DNA of 64,000 bases from Chloroflexota bacterium (lineage in GTDB: Bacteria > Chloroflexota > UBA6077 > SHYK01), in assembly GCA_035652535.1 (NCBI GenBank), contig DASRDP010000084.1, forward strand, positions 2,282 through 66,281, written 5' to 3'. The position numbers and the translations under genes were made by a program. The notes under the pieces were generated by a model. That model saw nothing but the letters and a program-made list of their open reading frames with translations. It ran no database searches and was not told where the DNA came from. Below are positions 8,834 to 16,806 of the stretch, one piece after another (the stretch's first letter is position 1; the number at the start of each line of letters is the position of its first letter).

Positions 8834-10765
8834 CTATGGCAGTTCGTACAAAACGCTGCCCATGTCCGAGGCGTCGTATCCGCCCAGGGCCTCCACCTCG
8901 GCCCGGAATTGCGCCGACCCGATCACCGCGCGGAGCGGCGCCAGCAGCTCGCCCTCGTAGTGCTCGGCGGGGACGATCAGGTCGTAGCGCTCCCGGAGGA
9001 GGGGGATGAACTCCATCGAGAGGGCGCGGGCGGCCGCCAGAATCCCGAGCCCGACGTCCGCGGTGCCGCTCATCACCGCGGCCGCCACGGCCAGGTGGTT
9101 GTACTCCTCGCGCTCGTAACCCCGCACCTGCGACGGGTCAGCGCCCAGCCGCTTCAGCTCGTAGTCGAGGAGCACGCGGGTCCCCGCCCCCCGTTGACGA
9201 TTGACATAACGTACATCGGGGCGCAGGAGGTCGGCGAGGCCGTGGATCGCCTTCGGGTTACCGGGCGCCACGATGAGCCCCTGCTCCCGATAGACGAGAT
9301 TGACGATGAGCGCGCGTCGCTCGCGGAGGTAGCGCCGAACGAACCCCACGTTGTACTCGCCGGTCTCCTCGTCGAGCAGGTGCGAGCCGGCGAGGTGCGC
9401 CTCGCCCCGCTGGAGGGCGATGAGGCCGCCGAGGCTGCCGACGTTCGACGACGAGAGGCTGGCGCCGGGCCGAATCCGGGCGATGGCGCTGGAGAGCAGA
9501 TCCAGAGCCAGATCGTGGCTACCGATCGCCACGATGGTGCGCTCCACCTCCCCCGGGTCGCGCAGCACCTCGGCCTCGACTGCCTCGCCCGCGTGCACCC
9601 CCTCCGAGAAGCGCGGGATGCGCACCAGGGCGTCCGCGCGCACCAGGGAGGTGATGACGCCAGCGCCGCGCTGGAGCGGCGTGGCCACCACGCGGTCGCC
9701 GACCCGGCCCAGCTTCACGCGCAGGTATTCGTCCTCGCCCATGGGCGAGAGCACCTTCCGGGTCATCGAAGCCCGAATGCGCGGGCGCGCGACCTGCGCG
9801 ACGCCAAGGAGCCGATGGAGCACCGGGGCGAGAAAGAGCTCGGCGGTCAGAACGGCGGAGACGGGAAAGCCCGGGATCCCGAGGACCGGCTTCCCACCAC
9901 AGACGCCCAGCACCACGGGGTGTCCCGGTCGGACGGCGACGCCGTGGGCGACGAGCGTGCCGAGGTCCCCGACCACGGCCGCCGTGTAGTCTTCGGAGCC
10001 GGCCGAGGAGCCGGCGTTGACCACCACCACGTCGGAGGCGTCGAGGGCGTCGGCGACGCGCCGGAGCAGCCGGTCGCGGTCGTCCCGCTCCGGCGGCAAC
10101 ACCGTCGCGGTGCCGCCCCAGTCCTGGACCTGGGCCGCCAGCATGATGGAGTTGAACTCCACCACGTCGCCGGGCCTCAGCTCGGCGCCGGGCTGCACCA
10201 GCTCTGTGCCGGTCGGCAGAATCGCAACGGCCGGCTTGCGGCGAACCGACACGGTCGTGTTGCCGCTCGCCGCGATGGCGCCGAGATCGAAGGCGCCGAG
10301 CCGCCGCCCCTCCGTCAGGACCAGCTCCGTGGCGACGATGTCCTCCCCCAGCGGGCGGACGTGCTGCCAGGGCGCGACCGGCTGCATGATCTCGACGACG
10401 TCGTCGCTGACGCGGTGTACCTGCTCGATCATGATGACGGCGTCGAAGTCGGGAGGTAGGGGATCGCCGGTATCGACCCACGCCGCCTGGTCGCCGATGC
10501 GTAGACGGATCGGCGCGATCTCCGACGCGCCGATCGTGTCGGCGGCGCGGACGGCGATGCCATCCATCGCCGAGGCGTAGTAGTGGGGGGACGACACGCG
10601 GGCCCACACGGGCGCGGCCGTCACGCGGCCAAGGGCTTCGCGGACGGGCGCGTCCTCGCCGGGGAGCGGAGGGGTCCAGCCGGCCGCGGCGAGGGCGTCC
10701 CAGAACGCCTGGAGGGCGTCGTCCAGCGGCACGTCTCGCAGGAACACGTTGCGCTCGCGCGCCAC
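8834..10765 (-). CDS. moeA: Molybdopterin molybdenum/tungsten-transferase MoeA fused to a C-terminal periplasmic-binding-protein-like (COG1910-type oxyanion-binding) domain
   Basis: 643 aa. The N-terminal 400 aa or so are MoeA-like (SPHYYASAMDGIAVRA..., MoCF domain GSSAGSEDY). The C-terminal 230 aa or so are PBP-like (IGSHDLALDLL...NRQRGAGTRVLLD...). GTG start with GAGGAGG upstream. Confidence 0.8.
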   Translation of the reverse strand: MARERNVFLRDVPLDDALQAFWDALAAAGWTPPLPGEDAPVREALGRVTAAPVWARVSSPHYYASAMDGIAVRAADTIGASEIAPIRLRIGDQAAWVDTGDPLPPDFDAVIMIEQVHRVSDDVVEIMQPVAPWQHVRPLGEDIVATELVLTEGRRLGAFDLGAIAASGNTTVSVRRKPAVAILPTGTELVQPGAELRPGDVVEFNSIMLAAQVQDWGGTATVLPPERDDRDRLLRRVADALDASDVVVVNAGSSAGSEDYTAAVVGDLGTLVAHGVAVRPGHPVVLGVCGGKPVLGIPGFPVSAVLTAELFLAPVLHRLLGVAQVARPRIRASMTRKVLSPMGEDEYLRVKLGRVGDRVVATPLQRGAGVITSLVRADALVRIPRFSEGVHAGEAVEAEVLRDPGEVERTIVAIGSHDLALDLLSSAIARIRPGASLSSSNVGSLGGLIALQRGEAHLAGSHLLDEETGEYNVGFVRRYLRERRALIVNLVYREQGLIVAPGNPKAIHGLADLLRPDVRYVNRQRGAGTRVLLDYELKRLGADPSQVRGYEREEYNHLAVAAAVMSGTADVGLGILAAARALSMEFIPLLRERYDLIVPAEHYEGELLAPLRAVIGSAQFRAEVEALGGYDASDMGSVLYELP

Positions 10766-10804
10766 CCTGCTCTCTCCGCCTCCTCTCAGGAGGATCCCGC
10801 AGGA

Positions 10805-10887
10805 CCGTTCGTCCTGAGCCTATCGAAGGGCGCGGTGTGCTTCGACTGGCCTGCCCTGAGCGAAGCCGAAGGGCTCAGCACGAACGG
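10805..10887. repeat. Palindromic intergenic element, family 3
   Basis: CCGTTCGTCCTGAGCC...GGCTCAGCACGAACGG long imperfect hairpin. It gives the artefactual peptide PFVLSLSKG...LSTNGF. A partial relative is at 23081-23110. Confidence 0.75.
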
Positions 10888-10912
10888 TTTCCGCGCGTTC
10901 TACCGCACCCCA

Positions 10913-12142
10913 CTAGAACAGCACGACGGGCACGATAGCGCCCTCTGGGAGGCCGCCGTCGTCCAGCTCGACTTTGACCATGCCGTCGGCGTGGACGAGG
11001 GTGTAGATGAGATTGGACTTGCCGAAGACCGGCACCGCCCACCGCTCGCCGTCGCGCTCCTCGAGACGGACCTGGACATAGTCCTCGCGGCCGGCGGCCG
11101 AGGCGATGCCGTGGGCCAGGCGGGCGGCCGTCGTGCGCCGGGCGGGCCGACCCGCGCCGGTCAGATACGCCAGCGTGGGCGTGACGAAGAGGTCGAAGGT
11201 CACCATGCAGGAGACGGGGTTCCCGGGCAGACCGAAGATCGGCTTCCCGTCCGCCACCGCGAGAACCGTCGGTTTGCCGGGGCGCAGCGACACGCCGTGC
11301 ACCAGCACGCCCGGCGTGCCGAGGGAGGCGATCACCTCGGCCGTCATGTCCCGCGTGGAGACGGAGCTGCCGGCGGATAGGATCAGCACGTCGGTGGCCG
11401 TGAACCCCCGCCGCGCCGCCTCCGCCAGCGCGTCGTACCGGTCGGGCACGATCCCCAGGGGCACCGGGACGTGCCCTGCCTGCTCCACCAGCGCGGCGAG
11501 GGTCGACGTGTTGATGTCGCGAATCTGGCCCGGGCTCGGCGTCGCGTCGGGCGCGACGATCTCGTCCCCGCCCGAGATGATGCCGACGCTCAGGCGCGGC
11601 GCAACCGTGATCTCAACGATCCCGAGGCTGGCGAGCCCCCCCAGGTCCTGGGCGCGCAGGGTGTGGCCGCGCGGCAGGACCGCCGAGCCGCGACGGATGT
11701 CCTCGCCGACCTGGATCACGTTCTCGCCCGGCGCGACAGGGCGCAGCACCTCCACCGTCCGCTCATCGACGTCCTGCGTCAGCTCCACCATCACGACCGC
11801 GTCGGCGCCGGGCGGCAACATTCCCCCGGTCGCGATGCGCGCGGCCTCGGCGGAACGGACCTGGACCGCGGCGGCCGTTCCCATCGCGACCTCACCGACG
11901 ACGGTGAGGTACGCGGGCAGCGCCTCGCTGGCGCCGAAGGTGTCGGCGGCGCGGACGGCGAACCCGTCCATGGTGGATCGCGGGAAGTCGGGCAGGTCGT
12001 GGGGAGCGAGGAGGTCTTCCGCCAGGACGCGGCCCAGCGCCCGGCTCGCAGATATGCGTTCGGCGCGGTCGAGGGGCGCGAGGCGCTCGTGCAGGCGCTT
12101 CAGCGCATCGGCCGGCGCCATGACGTGAAATAGCTCTTTCAC
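10913..12142 (-). CDS. moeA: Molybdopterin molybdenumtransferase MoeA
   Basis: MoeA domains (FPRSTMDGFAVRAADT..., GGDEIV..., SAGSSVSTRDM, LPGNPVS). Probable start is GTG 12142 (VKELFHVMAPADALKRL) or ATG 12121. The track ORF runs up to 12244 only by reading the duplicated segment in another frame. Confidence 0.85.
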   Translation of the reverse strand: MKELFHVMAPADALKRLHERLAPLDRAERISASRALGRVLAEDLLAPHDLPDFPRSTMDGFAVRAADTFGASEALPAYLTVVGEVAMGTAAAVQVRSAEAARIATGGMLPPGADAVVMVELTQDVDERTVEVLRPVAPGENVIQVGEDIRRGSAVLPRGHTLRAQDLGGLASLGIVEITVAPRLSVGIISGGDEIVAPDATPSPGQIRDINTSTLAALVEQAGHVPVPLGIVPDRYDALAEAARRGFTATDVLILSAGSSVSTRDMTAEVIASLGTPGVLVHGVSLRPGKPTVLAVADGKPIFGLPGNPVSCMVTFDLFVTPTLAYLTGAGRPARRTTAARLAHGIASAAGREDYVQVRLEERDGERWAVPVFGKSNLIYTLVHADGMVKVELDDGGLPEGAIVPVVLF

Positions 12143-12232
12143 GCGAATATCCCGTCGAGGCGCTCGTGCAGGCGCTTCAGCGCATCGGCCGGCGCCATGA
12201 CGTGAACTAGCTCTTTCACGCGAATATCCCGT
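12079..12232. repeat. 77-bp tandem duplication (2 copies, 76/77 identical) covering the moeA start region
   Basis: Copy 1 at 12079-12155 and copy 2 at 12156-12232. The single mismatch is A12130 versus C12207. Confidence 0.95.
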
Positions 12233-12258
12233 ACATCCTGGCACGCGATTCAGGAGCT

Positions 12259-12324
12259 GTCATGCTGAGCGCAGCGAAGCATCTCGGTGAATCGAGATCC
12301 TTCGGGCTGCGCCCTCAGGACGAC
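12259..12324 (-). repeat. Palindromic intergenic element family 2, inverted orientation
   Basis: GTCATGCTGAGCGCAGCGAAGCATCTC...GAGATCCTTCGGGCTGCGCCCTCAGGACGAC. This is the reverse complement of the 8755-8816 copy except for the central loop. Confidence 0.9.
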
Positions 12325-12353
12325 GCATTCCCCAACCTGCGAGGCAAACCTGG

Positions 12354-13166
12354 CTACTCCGGTTTATGCCAGTAGCGGTACTTGAGGCGCCAGGGCTTGG
12401 TGACGGCGTTGGTCACGGCGCGCATCTTGCCGCTGAGGCCGCCGGTGAGGGTGAGGACCCCGCGGATCTCCTTGGCCAGGGGGATATGGTGCTCGGGGTA
12501 GCGCTCCGTCCCCACATCCGGCAGCCCGTGCTCGGCCGCTGATTTCGTGAGGACGTGGAGCACGTGCGTCCCCCCGGCCTGGCTCTTGCCATAGACGTGG
12601 CCGCCCACCTGCGCCGCGCGCTCGGTCGCCCTGGCGTCCATCTCGTCCACGATGCCGAAGGATAGGGCGTGGACCGGGCACGCCTGGACGCAGAAGGGCT
12701 GCTTATCGTCGCGCACCCGGTCGACGCACATGGTGCACTTCGTCGCGCGGCCTGTGACCTCGGACTTGGCGATGACGTGCCACGGACACGCGTAGACGCA
12801 GTACTCGCAGCCGATGCACACCGCGGGGTCGATGACGACTGGCCCCTCGTCGTACTTGGTGATCGCCTCGACGGGGCAGACGGCCGCGCACAACGGATAT
12901 TCGCAGTGCATGCAGCTATTGCGTCCCCAGGTGCTGGCCGTGCCCTCGAGGACTGGCGGCTCCATGGTGATCCAGGTGCTCGGGTTGATAGCGTAGGTGT
13001 CTCCGCGGGGCAGGTCGTTCCAATCCTTGCACGCCTCGACGCACTGCCGGCACCCGATGCACGTTTGAGCGTCGAAGACTATGGCGCGCGCTTTCCCGTC
13101 GGAAAGGCGCCGGGTGGGGTAGGGCCGACGCTCGCCGTGGTCGGGGCCTTGGGGTGTCTCGCTCAT
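12354..13166 (-). CDS. 4Fe-4S dicluster electron-transfer subunit (DmsB/AorA-like) with a C-terminal extension of about 100 aa
   Basis: ATG 13166 forms an ATGA overlap with the AOR stop. Four Cys clusters: CIGCRQCVEAC, CMHCEYPLCAAVCP, CIGCEYCVYACP, CTMC...CVQACP. The track ORF 12354..13910 fuses it to an out-of-frame shadow of the AOR gene. Confidence 0.85.
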   Translation of the reverse strand: MSETPQGPDHGERRPYPTRRLSDGKARAIVFDAQTCIGCRQCVEACKDWNDLPRGDTYAINPSTWITMEPPVLEGTASTWGRNSCMHCEYPLCAAVCPVEAITKYDEGPVVIDPAVCIGCEYCVYACPWHVIAKSEVTGRATKCTMCVDRVRDDKQPFCVQACPVHALSFGIVDEMDARATERAAQVGGHVYGKSQAGGTHVLHVLTKSAAEHGLPDVGTERYPEHHIPLAKEIRGVLTLTGGLSGKMRAVTNAVTKPWRLKYRYWHKPE

Positions 13167-15079
13167 TCCGGCTCGCTCCACGCCGCGAACTCCTCCAATC
13201 CGAGGCGTTCGAGGGTCTCTCGGAACGGCCGGCCCGTCATCTCGTCGCGCCCAGAGAGCCGGTAATACTCCTGGATGATGCCGGGCATGAACTTCGCGAT
13301 GGTGAAGCCCTTGTACTGGCCATCCGGAATCGGCTCGAGGAAGCGCGGCCCAACGTCCGTCCAATCGTGCTCCGCGCGCCAGCCGCGCTGGGTGCCGAAG
13401 ATGCTCTGAAGGATCATGCTTCGGTGGCCGACCTCGAGCGCCTCGTCGAGAGTCACGTCCCAGCCGGTCGTCGCGTTCAGCGCATCGATCATGGACTTGT
13501 ACCCGTCGGGCGCCATCTGGTTCATGGCGAACCAGCACGCGCCCATCAGGCCGGAGGATTGGCGATACTGCTCGCTGAGGATGTGGGACCAGGCCCAGCC
13601 GTCCGGCTCCGTTGGCGAGAGCGGCCCCCAGCTCTCGCGGTACTTCAGGTCCGGCGGCGGCTCGCGGCTGCCGCCGCCCTGCGGCTTCATGCCGCCGCTG
13701 GCCACCAGCTCGCGCAGCATGTTGCCGATCATCGGCCGCCACTCGTGCTGCGCCGGCGTCCCACCTTTGGTGTGGACCACCCACTGGGCGGCGTCGCCGC
13801 CGAGGGCTTCTGCCAGCTCCTTCGGGCCCTCGGCGAGGAGGTTCCCGAGCCAGCCCTCGCGCCGAGCGCACATGTCGAGCAGCCGGTCCACGACGGCTGT
13901 GTCGCCCCATTCAAGGTTCAGGCCGCCCGTTTGCTGCGCGGTCAGGAGCCTCTTTTCCCACGCCTCGAAGGCGAGCCCAGCTCCGTCGGCGAAATGGCTG
14001 CACTCGATGCCGAGGTCGTTGATGCGCTCCGAGAGGTAGAGCACGTCGTTGCCCTTGATGTCGAGGTTGAAGAAGGTGTCGAGCCATTCGGAGCCGGCGT
14101 TGAAGTGGACCTTGGCGCCGATGTGGTCGCCGTCGCCCAGCTCGGCGTCCCAGGGGCACATGCGACCGCATTGGAAGCAGGGGCGGGGCGTGATGCGGTT
14201 CGTCTCGAAGCCGCGCGCGTGGTCTTCGATCACGGTGGCGCGCCAGTTGTGGCGGGTGATGGCGCCCCACGAGCCACCATGGCCGACGTCGCGGCGCTGG
14301 TCGGGCGAGTAGACGCGGAGCGTTGCGCGCCAGCGCTCGCCCGCGTCGATGAGTCGCTCCTTGTTGCGGATGGGTGGGCGCCGCGAACCTCGGGCGACGA
14401 CGGCCTTGAGCCTCTTGGAGCCCATGACGGCGCCGAGACCGTGCGCGGCTACGTGGTTGTAGTCGTTCACCAGCATCGCCGCGCGGATGAGGTTCTCGCC
14501 GGCGGGGCCGATGCACGCGACGCGCGCATCCTGGCGGCCGACCTGGCGGCGGAGCATCTCTTCGGTCTCGCGGGTGCCCTTTCCCCACACGGACCGCGCG
14601 TCGCGGATCTCGGCGCGCCCGTCGTTCAGGTAGAGGTACACGGGGCGATCGGACTGGCCCGTGATGATGATTCCGTCGAAGCCGGCAGCCTTCATCGCCA
14701 CGGCCCAGAAGCCGCTCGTCGCGCCGCGGCCGAGGGTGTAGCGCGTGGCCGGGCTGGGATAGACGGCGGTCATCTTGGTGCCGCCGGGCGTGAGGCCGGT
14801 GCCGGTGACCGGCCCGGTCATCATACAGATCATGCTCGCCGGGCTATAGGCCTCGGTGTCCGGCGCTATCTCATTCAGGAGGATGTACGTCCCAAGTGCC
14901 TGGCCGCCCCAGTACTTCCGGAGAATCGGCTCTTCGGGCAGCTCGACGGGCTCGCAGCTCCCCGAGGTGAGGTCGACGCGGAGCAGCTTGCCCATGTACC
15001 CGCCCGGCAGCGGAGTCCTGCGCACCGATGGGAAGAGCAGCTCGTTGCGCGAGGCTAGGACCTGGGGTTGCGTCGCCAT
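13163..15079 (-). CDS. aor: Aldehyde:ferredoxin oxidoreductase family (tungsto-/molybdopterin) enzyme
   Basis: 638-aa ORF with the AOR N-terminal signature GKLLRVDLTSG...YWGGQALGTYIL and the C-terminal AFOR domain. ATG 15079 has GGAGG 6 nt upstream; an internal ATG at 14995 is an alternative start. Confidence 0.85.
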   Translation of the reverse strand: MATQPQVLASRNELLFPSVRRTPLPGGYMGKLLRVDLTSGSCEPVELPEEPILRKYWGGQALGTYILLNEIAPDTEAYSPASMICMMTGPVTGTGLTPGGTKMTAVYPSPATRYTLGRGATSGFWAVAMKAAGFDGIIITGQSDRPVYLYLNDGRAEIRDARSVWGKGTRETEEMLRRQVGRQDARVACIGPAGENLIRAAMLVNDYNHVAAHGLGAVMGSKRLKAVVARGSRRPPIRNKERLIDAGERWRATLRVYSPDQRRDVGHGGSWGAITRHNWRATVIEDHARGFETNRITPRPCFQCGRMCPWDAELGDGDHIGAKVHFNAGSEWLDTFFNLDIKGNDVLYLSERINDLGIECSHFADGAGLAFEAWEKRLLTAQQTGGLNLEWGDTAVVDRLLDMCARREGWLGNLLAEGPKELAEALGGDAAQWVVHTKGGTPAQHEWRPMIGNMLRELVASGGMKPQGGGSREPPPDLKYRESWGPLSPTEPDGWAWSHILSEQYRQSSGLMGACWFAMNQMAPDGYKSMIDALNATTGWDVTLDEALEVGHRSMILQSIFGTQRGWRAEHDWTDVGPRFLEPIPDGQYKGFTIAKFMPGIIQEYYRLSGRDEMTGRPFRETLERLGLEEFAAWSEPE

Positions 15080-15111
15080 CGCCTGCCTCCGACGCGGGGA
15101 TTTGAAGCACT

Positions 15112-15140
15112 ACAATACACCGCTGCGGTTCCGGGCTCAA
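15112..15140 (-). promoter_or_regulatory. Candidate sigma70-type promoter for the AOR operon
   Basis: On the minus strand, TTGAGC-17 nt-TATTGT sits about 30 nt upstream of the GGAGG/ATG of the AOR gene. It is an AT-rich hexamer in an otherwise GC-rich spacer. Confidence 0.3.
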
Positions 15141-15204
15141 GCGGCGGCTGTGCGCCGACGGCCGACCGCAGGGCGCGTCGGCTCGCGGCGGGGAGGAGGA
15201 ACAC

Positions 15205-15690
15205 GTGCGCTGCCAATTTTGCGGCGAGGAGAACGCGGAAGACGTGAAGACGTGCGTCAAGTGCGGCGCCAACCTCGCTCCGGATACGCCCCCGACCACC
15301 GCGTCGCTCACGGCCTGGTCGGGCGTCGGCATCCCGACGGGCATGGTCACCACAGGTCTCGGCTTCGAGGGGTTTCGGATCACGCAGTATCTGGGCATCG
15401 TGCGCGGGCTCACGGTCCGATCGCGCGGGGCTGTCGGAAATGTCGTCGGTCAGGTGCAATCCTTCTTCGGCGGGAACATCTCGGTGTACGTCACGCTGTG
15501 CGAGCAGGCGCGGGAGGAGGCATACAACCTGATGATTCAGCACGCGACGCAGTGCGGCGCCAACGCCATCATCGGCATGCGCTACGACGCCAACGACGTG
15601 ATGGAGGGCATCACGGAGGTGCTGGCGTACGGGACCGCGGTCACGGTGGCCCCGCTCGAGGCGCCCGACGCGACGCCCGCATCGGGCTGA
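15205..15690 (+). CDS. Zinc-ribbon / YbjQ (UPF0145) fusion protein
   Basis: GTG 15205 with GGAGGAGGA upstream. The N-terminus has CQFCGEEN...CVKCGA (CxxC-x11-CxxC). The C-terminal 105 aa or so match the YbjQ family (ITQYLGIVRG...GANAIIGMRYD...AYGTAV). Confidence 0.75.
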   Translation: MRCQFCGEENAEDVKTCVKCGANLAPDTPPTTASLTAWSGVGIPTGMVTTGLGFEGFRITQYLGIVRGLTVRSRGAVGNVVGQVQSFFGGNISVYVTLCEQAREEAYNLMIQHATQCGANAIIGMRYDANDVMEGITEVLAYGTAVTVAPLEAPDATPASG

Positions 15691-15700
15691 CGCGCCATAC

Positions 15701-15720
15701 CTGCCGCCCTGAAGGGCGGG
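15701..15720 (+). terminator. Hairpin CTGCCGCCCTGAAGGGCGGG, 10 nt after the ybjQ-like stop
   Basis: 7-bp perfect GC stem CCGCCCT/AGGGCGG around a 2-nt centre (6 bp with a 4-nt loop when folded), followed by CCTATTGTTGG. The same hairpin recurs at 16807-16857. Confidence 0.5.
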
Positions 15721-15778
15721 CCTATTGTTGGTAGTCGTAGGGTTAACTCAGGAAACAGGGTGGCGTACAATCGCGCCC

Positions 15779-16031
15779 ATGTGGGGGCTGCTTAGGCGAT
15801 CGCTATGGTTCAACCTCCGCCTATGGACTGGGCCTCTGTCTTTTATCGCAATTAGCCCATTTTTCGCCCTCATCGCCCTGCTTGTCCTCTCTGATCAAAA
15901 AGCTCGGCGCTTGGTCAGGTCCCCGTCCGTTGGTCAGGTCCCCGTCCGGAAAGATGATGTTAGAGATGTCCGTGCTGCAAATGGTCGGTGCAGTTCTCTT
16001 TGTGGCTCTCTGGGGTTCTTATCACCGCTGA
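15779..16031 (+). pseudogene. Small two-TM membrane-protein gene interrupted by a 19-bp tandem duplication (reconstructed product 77 aa)
   Basis: ATG 15779 reads MWGLLRRSLWFNLRLWTGPLSFIAISPFFALIALLVLSDQKARRLVRSPS. Removing one repeat copy continues GKMMLEMSVLQMVGAVLFVALWGSYHR and stops at TGA 16029-16031. As sequenced, the frame runs on antisense through vapC to 16276. Confidence 0.4.
15911..15948. repeat. Perfect 19-bp tandem direct repeat x2 (TTGGTCAGGTCCCCGTCCG)
   Basis: Copies at 15911-15929 and 15930-15948 are identical. Confidence 0.95.
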
Positions 16032-16459
16032 ACGCGCCTTTCCACTTCAGGAACCCGGTCGAAGTCGCGATCAAAGCTCAGGATCTCCCTCAAGCCGAGG
16101 CGGCGCATATGGGCAACGTTGAGGGCGTCGACGAAGTCGAGAAATTGGTACTGGGTGAAAAGGTCCAACGCCTGCAGATACGTTCGTTTGTTCGCGAGCG
16201 AGAGACCTTTCAGCCGCAGCAATGGGCTCAGCAAGCGCTGAACTTCGTCGCGCGGGACGTTGTAGAGGGTCTTTGAGGTTAGGACCCACACGACCTCTAT
16301 GATGACGCCCTCGCAGGTCGCGGCCGACAGCGCTCCTGAGTCGAGTTGCTGAATGATGGCTTGGGCTTGTTGTGTCTGAGCCGCAAGTTGCGGCTCGGTC
16401 GGACCGGGCTGGATTAGGTAGCGCAGGAAGATGTTCGTGTCGATGAAAGCGGTGGCCAT
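16022..16459 (-). CDS. vapC: PIN-domain toxin VapC
   Basis: 145 aa. FIDTNIFLRY at the N-terminus (first acidic residue), and DALNVAHM...SFDRDFDR at the C-terminus. Lies immediately downstream of an AbrB-type antitoxin gene. Confidence 0.85.
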   Translation of the reverse strand: MATAFIDTNIFLRYLIQPGPTEPQLAAQTQQAQAIIQQLDSGALSAATCEGVIIEVVWVLTSKTLYNVPRDEVQRLLSPLLRLKGLSLANKRTYLQALDLFTQYQFLDFVDALNVAHMRRLGLREILSFDRDFDRVPEVERRVQR

Positions 16460-16467
16460 CCCCCGGC

Positions 16468-16728
16468 CTATTCGCCCTCTCGCGCAACATGTCGAACATG
16501 TTCCCGGGCGGCCTCCTCCGTGATCTCTTTGTCTGTCAGTGGACGATCAAGCGGGGGAATCGCCTGGAAGCTGGCTTCAAGGGACGAGACCGCAGGCGCC
16601 AGTCTGACACATCCATCTTCGAGCGTGAATGTGACTTTGTCGCGTGGCTTGATGCCGAGGGATCGGCGGACCTCCAACGGGATGGTGATTTGGCCTTTTT
16701 CGCTCACGGTGCTCACGAATAGTCTCAT
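16468..16728 (-). CDS. vapB: AbrB/MazE/SpoVT-family antitoxin VapB
   Basis: 86 aa with the swapped-hairpin motif VSEKGQITIPLEVRRSLGIKPRDKVTF. There is an 8-nt gap to vapC. Confidence 0.85.
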   Translation of the reverse strand: MRLFVSTVSEKGQITIPLEVRRSLGIKPRDKVTFTLEDGCVRLAPAVSSLEASFQAIPPLDRPLTDKEITEEAAREHVRHVAREGE

Positions 16729-16806
16729 TGCTTTAACTACATCCCGATGTTGGAGAAATTCAAAATAGTTTTACCGAATAGGCTCGAGGCCCGCCGGGTG
16801 ATGGGA

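Noticed and set aside
12354-13910. 518-aa ORF suggesting a large fusion protein
   Set aside because: Only the C-terminal 271 aa (from ATG 13166) are ferredoxin-like. The N-terminal part overlaps the AOR gene in another frame and is Arg/Pro-rich. The ATGA stop/start overlap at 13163-13166 defines the real start.
15080-15204. Moco/Wco riboswitch ahead of the AOR operon (also considered for 12143-12353 ahead of moeA)
   Set aside because: The leaders are short. The AOR RBS lies about 30 nt from the candidate -10. The moeA leader is occupied by the 77-bp duplication and a family-2 repeat. I could not recognise the conserved Moco-motif helices. A cmsearch with RF01055 would settle it.
15725-16276. 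183-aa plus-strand ORF overlapping vapC
   Set aside because: Only its first 50 or so codons after ATG 15779 look like a membrane protein. The remainder is antisense to vapC and arises from the 19-bp duplication frameshift (see the finding at 15779-16031).
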